The notes under the pieces are model-generated. The model did no database searches and was not told the DNA's origin. It saw nothing but the letters and a program-made list of their open reading frames with translations. 64,000 nt of DNA from Candidatus Cloacimonadota bacterium (lineage in GTDB: Bacteria; Cloacimonadota; Cloacimonadia; Cloacimonadales; Cloacimonadaceae). Positions 18,361 through 26,221 of the stretch are shown here, piece after piece (position 1 is the stretch's first letter; every line of letters begins with the position of its first letter). Where the stretch lies: positions 31-64,030 of the forward strand of contig JAHDQK010000042.1 of assembly GCA_018433885.1 (NCBI GenBank), read 5' to 3'. Made by a program: the position numbers and the translations under genes.

Positions 18361-18401
18361 CGCGTTAATCTGAAGTTCCATCATTCGGAGGTTCGGAATC
18401 C
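18361..18401 (+). repeat. Right 41-nt direct repeat bracketing structured element copy 1
   Basis: CGCGTTAATCTGAAGTTCCATCATTCGGAGGTTCGGAATCC. See 18106-18146. Confidence 0.7.
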
Positions 18402-18467
18402 GCATGTATGGCTTGGGTTATGCTTCCTGCTTGACAGAATCATCTCTTCTACAATCCTTGCACTCAT

Positions 18468-18543
18468 ACAGGGGTGCTGAAGATAACTTCGGCTGAGATC
18501 ATACCCTTCGAACCTGATCCGGATAATACCGGCGCCAAGGAAG
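18468..18543 (+). promoter_or_regulatory. TPP (THI-box) riboswitch
   Basis: ACAGGGGTGCTGAAGATAACTTCGGCTGAGATCATACCCTTCGAACCTGATCCGGATAATACCGGCGCCAAGGAAG matches the conserved THI-element blocks (GGGGTGC, GCTGAGA, ACCC, AACCTGATCyGGwTAATACCrGCG, AGGAAG). It lies 78 nt upstream of thi4. Confidence 0.9.
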
Positions 18544-18621
18544 TAGAAACCCACAAACCTCCTGCTCCATTTCGAGGATTGTCTCAAAAAACCCCTGATT
18601 TTAAAAAGATAAGGGGAAGTC

Positions 18622-19407
18622 ATGGAGCTTCAAATCTCATCCGCAATCGTCTCCGATTGGTTTACCAAGTTTCAGGATCATCTGCAAAGCGACGTAGTAA
18701 TCGTAGGCGGAGGTCCCTCCGGCTTGCTTTGCGCGGCAGAACTGGCATCCAGAAACGTAAAAACAACTCTCATCGAAAGTAAACTCGCCCCTGGGGGCGG
18801 AATGTGGGGCGGGGCAATGCTTTTCAATAGCATCGCAATCCAGGAATCTGCCATTCACATTCTGGATCGCTATCGGATTCACTACAAAGCAAAAGGAGCG
18901 GGGCTTTATACAGCAGATGCCGCTGAAGCCACAGCCTCGCTGATCTATCATGCAGCGCACAATGGTGCGGCAATCTTCACCGGAATCTGCATGGAAGATG
19001 TATTGGTAAAAGAAGATCGCGTCTCTGGAGTGGTGGTAAACTGGAATCCCGTGAAACGCTTGGATATGCACGTGGATCCAATCTCCATAGTAGCAGATCG
19101 GATTCTGGACGCCACCGGGCATCCCTGTGAAGTGGTGAAAGTACTCTGTAACAAAAACCCTGTAAGCTTGAAGACTCCAGGGGCGATGTTGCAAAGCGAG
19201 CGTTCCATGAATGCCGAGGCTGGGGAGCGTGCCACGGTAGAACATACCGGAGAGATTTATCCCGGATTATGGGTTTCCGGAATGGCTGCTTGCGGTGTAA
19301 GCGGGAGTAACCGGATGGGACCGATCTTCGGCGGAATGTTGCTTTCCGGGATGAAAGCCGCAGACCTGCTCTATGCTTCAATGGCAGGAGAAGAACCCCG
19401 TGGATGA
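18622..19407 (+). CDS. thi4: Thi4-type thiazole synthase (ADP-thiazole synthase family)
   Basis: The 261-aa ORF has VVIVGGGPSGLLCAAELA (FAD/NAD fold), APGGGMWGGAMLF and DATGHPCEVV, typical of the Thi4 family. It is the first gene after the TPP riboswitch. Confidence 0.85.
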   Translation: MELQISSAIVSDWFTKFQDHLQSDVVIVGGGPSGLLCAAELASRNVKTTLIESKLAPGGGMWGGAMLFNSIAIQESAIHILDRYRIHYKAKGAGLYTADAAEATASLIYHAAHNGAAIFTGICMEDVLVKEDRVSGVVVNWNPVKRLDMHVDPISIVADRILDATGHPCEVVKVLCNKNPVSLKTPGAMLQSERSMNAEAGERATVEHTGEIYPGLWVSGMAACGVSGSNRMGPIFGGMLLSGMKAADLLYASMAGEEPRG

Positions 19408-20050
19408 TTTTGGCTTGTATGTAGTAATGACAAAACCCGAATTGGGTTACCGCAGATTTACCGAGATCTGCGTGGAGGAAGAAGTGCCGATAATCCAGCT
19501 TCGAGATAAAAGCATGCCGAACCTGGACCTGGTTCTTTTGGCAAAGGAGCTGAAGGGAATCACCAGCAATACAAACACCCATTTCTTCGTGAACGACAGG
19601 GTGGATCACGCGATTCTCGCCGACGCCGATGGTGTGCACTTGGGACCCCAGGATGTCTCTTGGCAAGAAGCTCGCAGATTGTTACCGAAGCAAAAGCTGA
19701 TCGGAGTATCCACCCACAGTATAGCCGAGGCTGAGTTATTGATCCGGCAAATCTCGGAGCCGGGCAATCCCAAAGCTCCGGACTATATGAGTTTTGGCCC
19801 CATTTATCCCACAGTAGCAAAGAAGATTCCTGACCCTCCCGTGGGAACAGAGCAATTGGCGCGGATAATGGTAATTGCCCCGCTCCCGGTAGTCGCGATC
19901 GGTGGATTGTTTCCCCATAACATTTCGGAAGTATTTCAGGCAGGAGCCAGAAACATCGCCATGATCAGACACTTGGGGAATTCTGTGTGCCCGGGTGAGT
20001 TACGAGAAAAGATACAACAACTAAAACAAATCATAAGGAGCAAGAAATGA
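19373..20050 (+). CDS. thiE: Thiamine-phosphate synthase
   Basis: ThiE motifs are present (FGLYVVMT, IIQLRDK, FFVNDRVD, ADGVHLGPQD, IGVSTHS, YMSFGPIYPT, VVAIGG). The start is uncertain: either the ATG at 19373 or the in-frame GTG at 19400. Both overlap the end of thi4. Confidence 0.85.
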   Translation: MLQWQEKNPVDDFGLYVVMTKPELGYRRFTEICVEEEVPIIQLRDKSMPNLDLVLLAKELKGITSNTNTHFFVNDRVDHAILADADGVHLGPQDVSWQEARRLLPKQKLIGVSTHSIAEAELLIRQISEPGNPKAPDYMSFGPIYPTVAKKIPDPPVGTEQLARIMVIAPLPVVAIGGLFPHNISEVFQAGARNIAMIRHLGNSVCPGELREKIQQLKQIIRSKK

Positions 20051-21327
20051 CCCAATTACAAATGGCAATCCAAGGTATAGCCAGCCCGGAAATCCTCGCT
20101 GTAGCGGAAAGCGAAAACATTGATCCCCAAAAACTTATGAAACTAATTGCAAACGGCGAAGTGGTGATCCCCCACAATAGGAACAGAAACGCGGTACCCA
20201 CTGGCATCGGTAGCCAAACCAGCACCAAGGTTAATGCCAACATCGGGACTTCCGATATTATGTGCAATCTAGAGCTCGAGATAGCGAAAATCCGCATCTG
20301 TGAAGAGTACGGTGCGCACAGCGTGATGGATCTTTCCACCGGAGGAGATCTGGATAGCATCCGCAAAATAATGTTGGAAGAAAGCAGGCTGATCCTGGGA
20401 ACTGTGCCCATCTATGCGGTGGCATCCAAGCTAGATCGACAAGGGAAAAGCATCCTGGATTTCAGCCCGGAAATGCTATTTACAGAAATTGAGCGTCAAG
20501 CCGAACAGGGAGTGGATTTTATGACGGTGCACGCCGGGATCACAAAATGGAGCTTGCAAGCACATGATATGAGAGATCGGCTTCTGGGAATCGTGAGCAG
20601 AGGAGGCTCGCTGTTGAAGCGCTGGATGCTAAGCACTAAAGAAGAGAATCCTTTATACCAATACTACGACAAGCTCTTGGATATCTGCGAGCACCACGAT
20701 GTTACCCTCAGCTTGGGTGATGGATTCCGTCCGGGAGCCATCCACGACGCTACCGATGCCACCCAGATATCCGAATTGATTGTATTGGGAGAGCTAGTGA
20801 AACGCGCCACCGCCAGGGGCGTTCAGGTGATGGTGGAGGGTCCGGGACACGTTCCTTATCAGGATATCGCCGCCAACGTACAATTGGAAAAAAGCCTGTG
20901 CCACAAAGCTCCATTCTATGTATTGGGACCGCTTCCCACAGATTTTGCCGGAGCTTATGATCATATCACCGGTGCAATTGGAGGAGCTCTTGCCGCGGCT
21001 TCGGGAGCAGATTTTTTGTGTTATGTGACCCCGGCTGAACACCTGTGCCTGCCGGATCTGGAGGATGTAAAACAAGGCATTATCGCTTCCAGAATCGCCG
21101 CGCATATTGCGGATATCGCCAAAGGTTTGCCAAATGCCACCGCCGTGGACGATAAAATCGCCAAAGCCAGACGCGAAATGGATTGGGAAACGGTGTTTCG
21201 CTACAGTGTGGACCCTAAGCTTGCCCGCCAGCGGAAAAGCGAAACATCCAGCGATTTAAGTGATCGGTGTAGCATGTGTGGAAACCTCTGCGCCATCAAA
21301 ACAGACAAGGAAAATACGCTTGATTAG
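20047..21327 (+). CDS. thiC: Phosphomethylpyrimidine synthase (short anaerobe-type ThiC)
   Basis: The 426-aa ORF has NANIGTS, DLSTGG, TVPIY, DFMTVHAG, VSRGG, LSLGDGFRPG, VMVEGPGH, YVLGPL, the C-terminal CSMCGNLC cluster motif, and a 4-nt overlap with thiE. Confidence 0.95.
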   Translation: MTQLQMAIQGIASPEILAVAESENIDPQKLMKLIANGEVVIPHNRNRNAVPTGIGSQTSTKVNANIGTSDIMCNLELEIAKIRICEEYGAHSVMDLSTGGDLDSIRKIMLEESRLILGTVPIYAVASKLDRQGKSILDFSPEMLFTEIERQAEQGVDFMTVHAGITKWSLQAHDMRDRLLGIVSRGGSLLKRWMLSTKEENPLYQYYDKLLDICEHHDVTLSLGDGFRPGAIHDATDATQISELIVLGELVKRATARGVQVMVEGPGHVPYQDIAANVQLEKSLCHKAPFYVLGPLPTDFAGAYDHITGAIGGALAAASGADFLCYVTPAEHLCLPDLEDVKQGIIASRIAAHIADIAKGLPNATAVDDKIAKARREMDWETVFRYSVDPKLARQRKSETSSDLSDRCSMCGNLCAIKTDKENTLD

Positions 21328-22063
21328 AAAGCGACTTGCGATAATCGGCGCCATCGACAGTAGCGGTGGCGCCGGGATCAATCAGGATATCCGGGTGGCA
21401 AGCCGCTTTGGCTTTCAACCGGAAATATGCCTTACCGCTACCACTCTGCAAGACGAACAGGGAGTAAGTGCCATCTACCCCATCCCTCCCTCTGAGTTTG
21501 AGCAAAATCTGATTCACCTGTTTAAAAACCAGCAACTTCGGTATATCAAGATCGGAGCATTATGCAGCGATTCCCAGATTCTTTGCCTGACCAGCTATCT
21601 TAAACAAAATCCGCAACTCAGCATCGTGCTGGACCCGGTGATTAAGCCAAGCCTGGGAAACAGCTTCATGCAAGAAAAGGATATCATCAGCTTGAAGGAA
21701 CTGCTTTCCACGTGCGACTATGTAACCCCAAACCTACCGGAGCTGGAACAGCTTTGCGGCATTGAAGTATCCAGTTTTCAGGAAGCGGTCCTTGCCGCTC
21801 AAAGCCTTAACCGAAAATATGGCGTGGATGTGTTGCTCAAGGGTGGTCATGGGGAAAGATATGGGAATCTGGAAGCGTACATTTGTGCGGAAAGAGTTAA
21901 TGTTTCGGCATTCACGCGGCGGAGCTGGAACTATATGCATGGTACAGGATGCGCTTTTGCTACTGCCTTTTGTTGCCTTATCGCCCAAGACTGGTCACCG
22001 GAAGTGGCTTTTACGTCAGCTTCGAACTGGGTGCGGGAGTTCTTTGATGAGCTTAACGACTAA
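21260..22063 (+). CDS. thiD: Hydroxymethylpyrimidine/phosphomethylpyrimidine kinase
   Basis: LAIIGAIDSSGGAGINQD and the C-terminal GTGCAFATA are typical of ThiD. The true start is probably the in-frame TTG at about 21320, which overlaps the thiC stop, rather than the ATG at 21260. Confidence 0.85.
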   Translation: MIGVACVETSAPSKQTRKIRLIRKRLAIIGAIDSSGGAGINQDIRVASRFGFQPEICLTATTLQDEQGVSAIYPIPPSEFEQNLIHLFKNQQLRYIKIGALCSDSQILCLTSYLKQNPQLSIVLDPVIKPSLGNSFMQEKDIISLKELLSTCDYVTPNLPELEQLCGIEVSSFQEAVLAAQSLNRKYGVDVLLKGGHGERYGNLEAYICAERVNVSAFTRRSWNYMHGTGCAFATAFCCLIAQDWSPEVAFTSASNWVREFFDELND

Positions 22064-22077
22064 ATCTGTATCCCGGC

Positions 22078-22106
22078 ACAGTTAGAAAATATTGTAATCT
22101 AACTGT
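22078..22106 (+). terminator. Hairpin after thiD (9-bp stem, no U-tract); weak terminator or processing-site candidate
   Basis: ACAGTTAGA-AAATATTGTAA-TCTAACTGT, 15 nt after the thiD stop. Confidence 0.3.
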
Positions 22107-22228
22107 AGCTGGAAAAGGGTTGTAACTAATGGCGTGTAGTTTCGTGGTAGATTCTCGGTAAAAAGCGGTCAAGCGGAATTTTGTCTTGACAAAAATAGCG
22201 GCATTTCCAGATTGACAACACAGCATGT

Positions 22229-22316
22229 GCTGAAGTGGTGAAATTGGTATACACGCTAGTTTCAGGGACTAGTGAGCAATACGCTCATGGGGGTTCGAGT
22301 CCCCCCTTCAGCACCA
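22229..22316 (+). tRNA. tRNA-Leu(CAG), CCA encoded
   Basis: Acceptor GCTGAAG/CTTCAGC. Anticodon stem-loop CTAGT-TTCAGGG-ACTAG. Long variable arm TGAGCAATACGCTCA. T-loop GGGGGTTCGAGTCCCCC. 3' ACCA. Confidence 0.9.
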
Positions 22317-22468
22317 TTTTTGTATCCGGATGATTTCTTGAATTTGATGAGAATCCCCTGAGCTTCCAATAGCAACACTAGAAGAATTAAGAAGGCAATT
22401 CAACAAAAAGATTGACGCCAAGCGGCATGTACCTTTTATTTGATCCACCAAGCAAGAAGGAGTATGCC

Positions 22469-22987
22469 ATGCAAGATTATCGCACTATCATCGAACGTCT
22501 TAATCTCCTGCCCCATCCTGAAGGCGGGTATTATCGCCGGCATTGGCAATCCGACATCGAAGCGGAAGCAAAAGACAGCCAGGGACGAATCATCCATCCC
22601 ATCCGTAGCATCGGCTCCTCAATATTGTATTTACTGCCTTCCCACGAAGTAAGCGCTTGGCACCGGGTTTCATGCGACGAGATGTGGCATTTCTATGCAG
22701 GCAGCAGTCTTAGAATCCTCACCCTTTCCAGTAACAACGAGCTGGGAGAGTTTGTCCTGGGCAACCGTCTGGAACTCTCCGAAATGCCGCAGATCATCAT
22801 CCCTCGTTCCACCTGGTTCTGCGCGGAAGTGATGAATGCGGATTCCTATACTTTTTGTGGATGTACATTATGGCCATCATTCAGCTATGCGGATTTTGAT
22901 CTGGCAGATCGCGAAATGCTGATCCAGAGCTTTCCTCATCATCGCACAGTAATCGAAAGAATATTCGAGAAATCCAACAAGTTTTAA
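22469..22987 (+). CDS. Cupin-fold protein (DUF985 family-like)
   Basis: The start is taken at MQDYRTIIERLNLLPHPEGGYYRRHWQS, preceded by GAAGGAG. The LxPHPEGGYY motif is typical of DUF985 cupins. Confidence 0.65.
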   Translation: MQDYRTIIERLNLLPHPEGGYYRRHWQSDIEAEAKDSQGRIIHPIRSIGSSILYLLPSHEVSAWHRVSCDEMWHFYAGSSLRILTLSSNNELGEFVLGNRLELSEMPQIIIPRSTWFCAEVMNADSYTFCGCTLWPSFSYADFDLADREMLIQSFPHHRTVIERIFEKSNKF

Positions 22988-22997
22988 CGGAGAACGA

Positions 22998-24335
22998 ATG
23001 CAGAAAAAAATCTTTGTATTGGATACGAACGTATTGATTCACAATCCCCGAGCGCTGTTTGCCTTCGAAGACAATCGGGTAGTGATCCCCATCGTGGTAA
23101 TAGAAGAAATCGATCAGTTCAAGAAGGGTCTGGATGAAAAAAGCCGTAATGCCAGACAAATCGGACGTTATCTGGACGACCTGAGAAAAAGTGGGAAGCT
23201 TCAGGAAGGAGTTCCCACCGATCAGGGAGGAGTAATCCAAGTAACAGTGAACCGGGAAGTTGCCGACGCCGCATCCAAGCTGATCTTCATGGATCGCAAC
23301 GACAACCTGATAATCGGTACTGCGCTATATTTTCAGGAAAAGTATCCCAAATCCCAGGTAATCTTGGTTTCCAAGGACGTAAACGTACGTATAAAAGCAG
23401 ACACAGTGGGCATTCACGCGGAGAACTTTGAGAACGATACCATAAACTTTGATGAATTCTATACCGGCTGGACTCACGAGGAGCTGGCGATTGACCTATT
23501 GGACAAACTTAAAAGTAGCCAGTATATAAACAATCCTTTCGAAAACCTGTATCCCAACCAATTTGTGAGGATTACGTCCCAGGGCGATCCGGAAAACATC
23601 CAAACCCTGCGCTTTAACAAGGATCATAACAAGCTTTATAAACTCAGCCATTATCAGGGACAGGATGTTTTCGGAATCACTGCCAGAAATTTCGAGCAGG
23701 AAATGGCACTGGATCTTTTGCTGGATGACGATATCAAACTGGTAAGCCTCTCTGGAAAAGCCGGTACCGGGAAGACACTCTTGGCTATCGCAGCCGGATT
23801 GAGCAAGGTAGTGGATGAAGAACGCTATACCCGCTTGGTCGTTTCACGTCCAATCTCCCCATTGGGCAAAGACTTAGGCTATCTTCCAGGGAATAAAGCA
23901 GAGAAGTTTAACCCATGGATGCAACCAATCTACGACAATATGGATATCCTGCTATCTCTCCACGACGAAAAAAACGATAACCCCAGAAACAAAAAGAAAG
24001 CTTCGATCGAGGACTATATGGACTATGGCTTCTTGGAGTTGGAACCACTCACCTACATTCGCGGCCGCAGTTTGCCAGACCAGTACATCATCATAGATGA
24101 AGCTCAGAACCTTAGCCCCCACGAGATGAAAACCATCATCACCAGAGCCGGAAAAAACACCAAGATCGTGTTGACCGGAGATCCCTACCAGATCGATATC
24201 CCCTATCTGGATGCGATCAGCAACGGGCTTTCGGTAGCGGTGGAAAAACTGAAAGGAGAGACCATGGTGGGGCACATGACGCTTGAAAAAGGCGAACGCT
24301 CGGCACTGGCTGATCTCGCTGCCCGCTATTTCTGA
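22998..24335 (+). CDS. PIN-domain plus PhoH-like ATPase (YlaK family)
   Basis: The 445-aa ORF has an N-terminal PIN (FVLDTNVLIHNP...VVIPIVVIEEID). It has a Walker A (LSGKAGTGKTLLA) and a Walker B-like motif (YIIIDEAQNL). Confidence 0.85.
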   Translation: MQKKIFVLDTNVLIHNPRALFAFEDNRVVIPIVVIEEIDQFKKGLDEKSRNARQIGRYLDDLRKSGKLQEGVPTDQGGVIQVTVNREVADAASKLIFMDRNDNLIIGTALYFQEKYPKSQVILVSKDVNVRIKADTVGIHAENFENDTINFDEFYTGWTHEELAIDLLDKLKSSQYINNPFENLYPNQFVRITSQGDPENIQTLRFNKDHNKLYKLSHYQGQDVFGITARNFEQEMALDLLLDDDIKLVSLSGKAGTGKTLLAIAAGLSKVVDEERYTRLVVSRPISPLGKDLGYLPGNKAEKFNPWMQPIYDNMDILLSLHDEKNDNPRNKKKASIEDYMDYGFLELEPLTYIRGRSLPDQYIIIDEAQNLSPHEMKTIITRAGKNTKIVLTGDPYQIDIPYLDAISNGLSVAVEKLKGETMVGHMTLEKGERSALADLAARYF

Positions 24336-26221
24336 TGCAACACACTATACATGAACGAAGTTGGGTCGAAATCGACCTGGCAGCCTTTCGCCAAAACCTG
24401 GTGTTCTTAAAGAGTTTTTTACAGCCCGGACAGGATTTCCTACAGATTGTAAAAGCTGATGCTTATGGCCACGGAGCCAAAGAGATAGCCGAAGCGGCTC
24501 TGGCGGAAGGAGCGGTGTATCTGGGGGTGGCAAACTCCGAGGAAGGTAAGCTACTGAGGATACAAGGCATCGATGCGAGGATCTTGATCCTGTCTCCCAG
24601 TTTGCCGGAAGAGATCGATGAAATCATCAAATACGATCTTGATCCAGCAGTTTCGGACATTGTTTTTGCAAAAACTCTGGCAGAAAGCGCCCGGATCGCT
24701 GAAACCGACGTGCGCATTCACCTCAAGATCGATACCGGAATGCATCGGAGCGGTATCCGTCTGGAAGATGCTCTGAACCTGTATCATGAGGTTTCTGGCT
24801 TGCGCAACCTGGTGGTAGAAGGAGTATTCAGCCATTTTAGCTCCGCGGAGAGCGATTCCATTTTCAGCTCCTTGCAGGAGGAGCAATTTGTTGCCTTGAT
24901 CGCTAAACTGCCTGAGAAACCACGCTATATACATCTCTCCAACAGTGCTGGAACTATTGGGGGATTTGGAAAGATCTGCAATCTTGCCAGATTTGGTATT
25001 TTCAGTTTCGGGGTGGATACCATTGGTGGATATTCCGCTCGCCTTGCTCCGGTGATGAGCTTCAAATCTACATTAAGCCAGGTAAAAACCGTTTTGGCAG
25101 GAGAAAGCGTAGGTTACAATCGGGACTGGCGTGCCCCTAAAGATGGAAAGTATGGCATCCTCCCCATCGGTTATGCTGATGGCTACGATTTCCTGCTTTC
25201 AAACAAAGGCAAAGTGCTGGTACAAAACAATATCTGCCAAGTTATCGGCAGGGTGTCCATGGATATGATTACCATCGATCTCAGTGAAGTGCCCAATGCC
25301 AGAGTAGGAGACATCGTAACGCTCCTGGGAGCAAATGAACCTGAACTGAGAGCAGAGGCCTTGGCAGGGATCTATCAAGGATCCGCTTACGAGCTTTTGT
25401 GCCAGGTTGGACGGCGGGCAAGACGCTATTATAAGAGCCGGGATCATATCCTGCACAGTGCTCCAATCGCTCGGCGGGATTTCATCGCAGCAGATTTTGG
25501 TAATAGCAAATTGAACCAGATCATTAGCAGCGCTCTGGCAAAGAGGCTGGAGAGTGCCGAGATCGGGGATTTGATCTACAAAGAGATTCTGAGAAGCTTC
25601 TTCTTCAATAAAGACCGCGATGTTCACTATCGCCGTTCATTTGCTCATGAGATCAGCTTCAGCACTATGAATAACGCAGCATTTTATCAGGCAAAAACTC
25701 GCCTCAGTTATCTCAAGATATTGGGAAACAATTATTTCGTAGTTGCATGCGCTACTTCCGACGAGAGCCTGAGACGCTACTTTATGCGAACTGATGTGGA
25801 ATACCGTTGGCTTCTGGACGCTGCTCTGGATCCGGGATCCGAACACTTCAAGGTGGATTCGGTGAGGATAAACGGATTTGAGCTGTTTACGCAGATGAAC
25901 CTAAGCGAAGACTCTCTGGAAATCCGTTGCTCACATCCAAAGTTGGACGCTCTGATTGGTACGGAGGTAGAGTTTGAGATATCTACCACCACACTTTACC
26001 CCAAGAACAGCCACCAGCTTTCCGTCTTTATCAGCGAGCTTACTCAGGGTGTGCAAATAACCTTCGGATTCCCCGAAGAGCTGAGCCGTGTGGAGCCGGT
26101 CAGAATATTCTCCGGGCAGGAGAAAAACCCGCCTATCATCCGCGAAGAGAACCGCATCACCCTGAAAACCGAAGCTTCGGAATGGGTGTTTCCCCTCTCG
26201 GGGGTCGTCTTTACTTACTAG
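24335..26221 (+). CDS. alr: Alanine racemase fused to an uncharacterised C-terminal domain of about 260 aa
   Basis: Residues 1 to about 367 are a complete Alr (PLP-lysine context VKADAYGHG, GESVGYNRDW, ends GRRARRYY). Residues from about 370 to 628 have no motif I recognise. The start overlaps the PhoH-like stop (ATGA-type overlap). Confidence 0.85.
   Translation: MQHTIHERSWVEIDLAAFRQNLVFLKSFLQPGQDFLQIVKADAYGHGAKEIAEAALAEGAVYLGVANSEEGKLLRIQGIDARILILSPSLPEEIDEIIKYDLDPAVSDIVFAKTLAESARIAETDVRIHLKIDTGMHRSGIRLEDALNLYHEVSGLRNLVVEGVFSHFSSAESDSIFSSLQEEQFVALIAKLPEKPRYIHLSNSAGTIGGFGKICNLARFGIFSFGVDTIGGYSARLAPVMSFKSTLSQVKTVLAGESVGYNRDWRAPKDGKYGILPIGYADGYDFLLSNKGKVLVQNNICQVIGRVSMDMITIDLSEVPNARVGDIVTLLGANEPELRAEALAGIYQGSAYELLCQVGRRARRYYKSRDHILHSAPIARRDFIAADFGNSKLNQIISSALAKRLESAEIGDLIYKEILRSFFFNKDRDVHYRRSFAHEISFSTMNNAAFYQAKTRLSYLKILGNNYFVVACATSDESLRRYFMRTDVEYRWLLDAALDPGSEHFKVDSVRINGFELFTQMNLSEDSLEIRCSHPKLDALIGTEVEFEISTTTLYPKNSHQLSVFISELTQGVQITFGFPEELSRVEPVRIFSGQEKNPPIIREENRITLKTEASEWVFPLSGVVFTY

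Noticed and set aside
18106-18401. The two 41-nt direct repeats looked superficially like CRISPR repeats in length.
   Set aside because: There are only two copies. They are 255 nt apart, far longer than any spacer. The intervening sequence is itself a conserved structured repeat, and no cas genes or leader are present in the window. They are treated as flanks of a repeat element instead.
18421-18456. TTGACA ... TACAAT upstream of the TPP riboswitch as the thi promoter. A similar TTGACG ... TACAAT lies at about 60520-60545.
   Set aside because: The spacers are only 12-13 nt, too short for a standard sigma70 promoter. They are noted but not called.
18055-18480. 141-aa plus-strand ORF covering the repeat element and running into the TPP riboswitch.
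   Set aside because: It is translated straight through direct repeats, GC hairpins and the riboswitch aptamer. It has no RBS and its composition is not protein-like. It is a chance ORF over structured non-coding DNA.
18637-19666. 202-aa and 229-aa minus-strand ORFs opposite thi4 and thiE.
   Set aside because: They are shadow ORFs opposite riboswitch-controlled thiamine genes with clear family motifs.
22229-22987. tRNA-Leu(CAG) as a possible integration site for a genomic island.
   Set aside because: No integrase, no direct repeat of the tRNA 3' end and no compositional shift lie downstream. The following genes (cupin, PhoH-like, alr) look like core genes.
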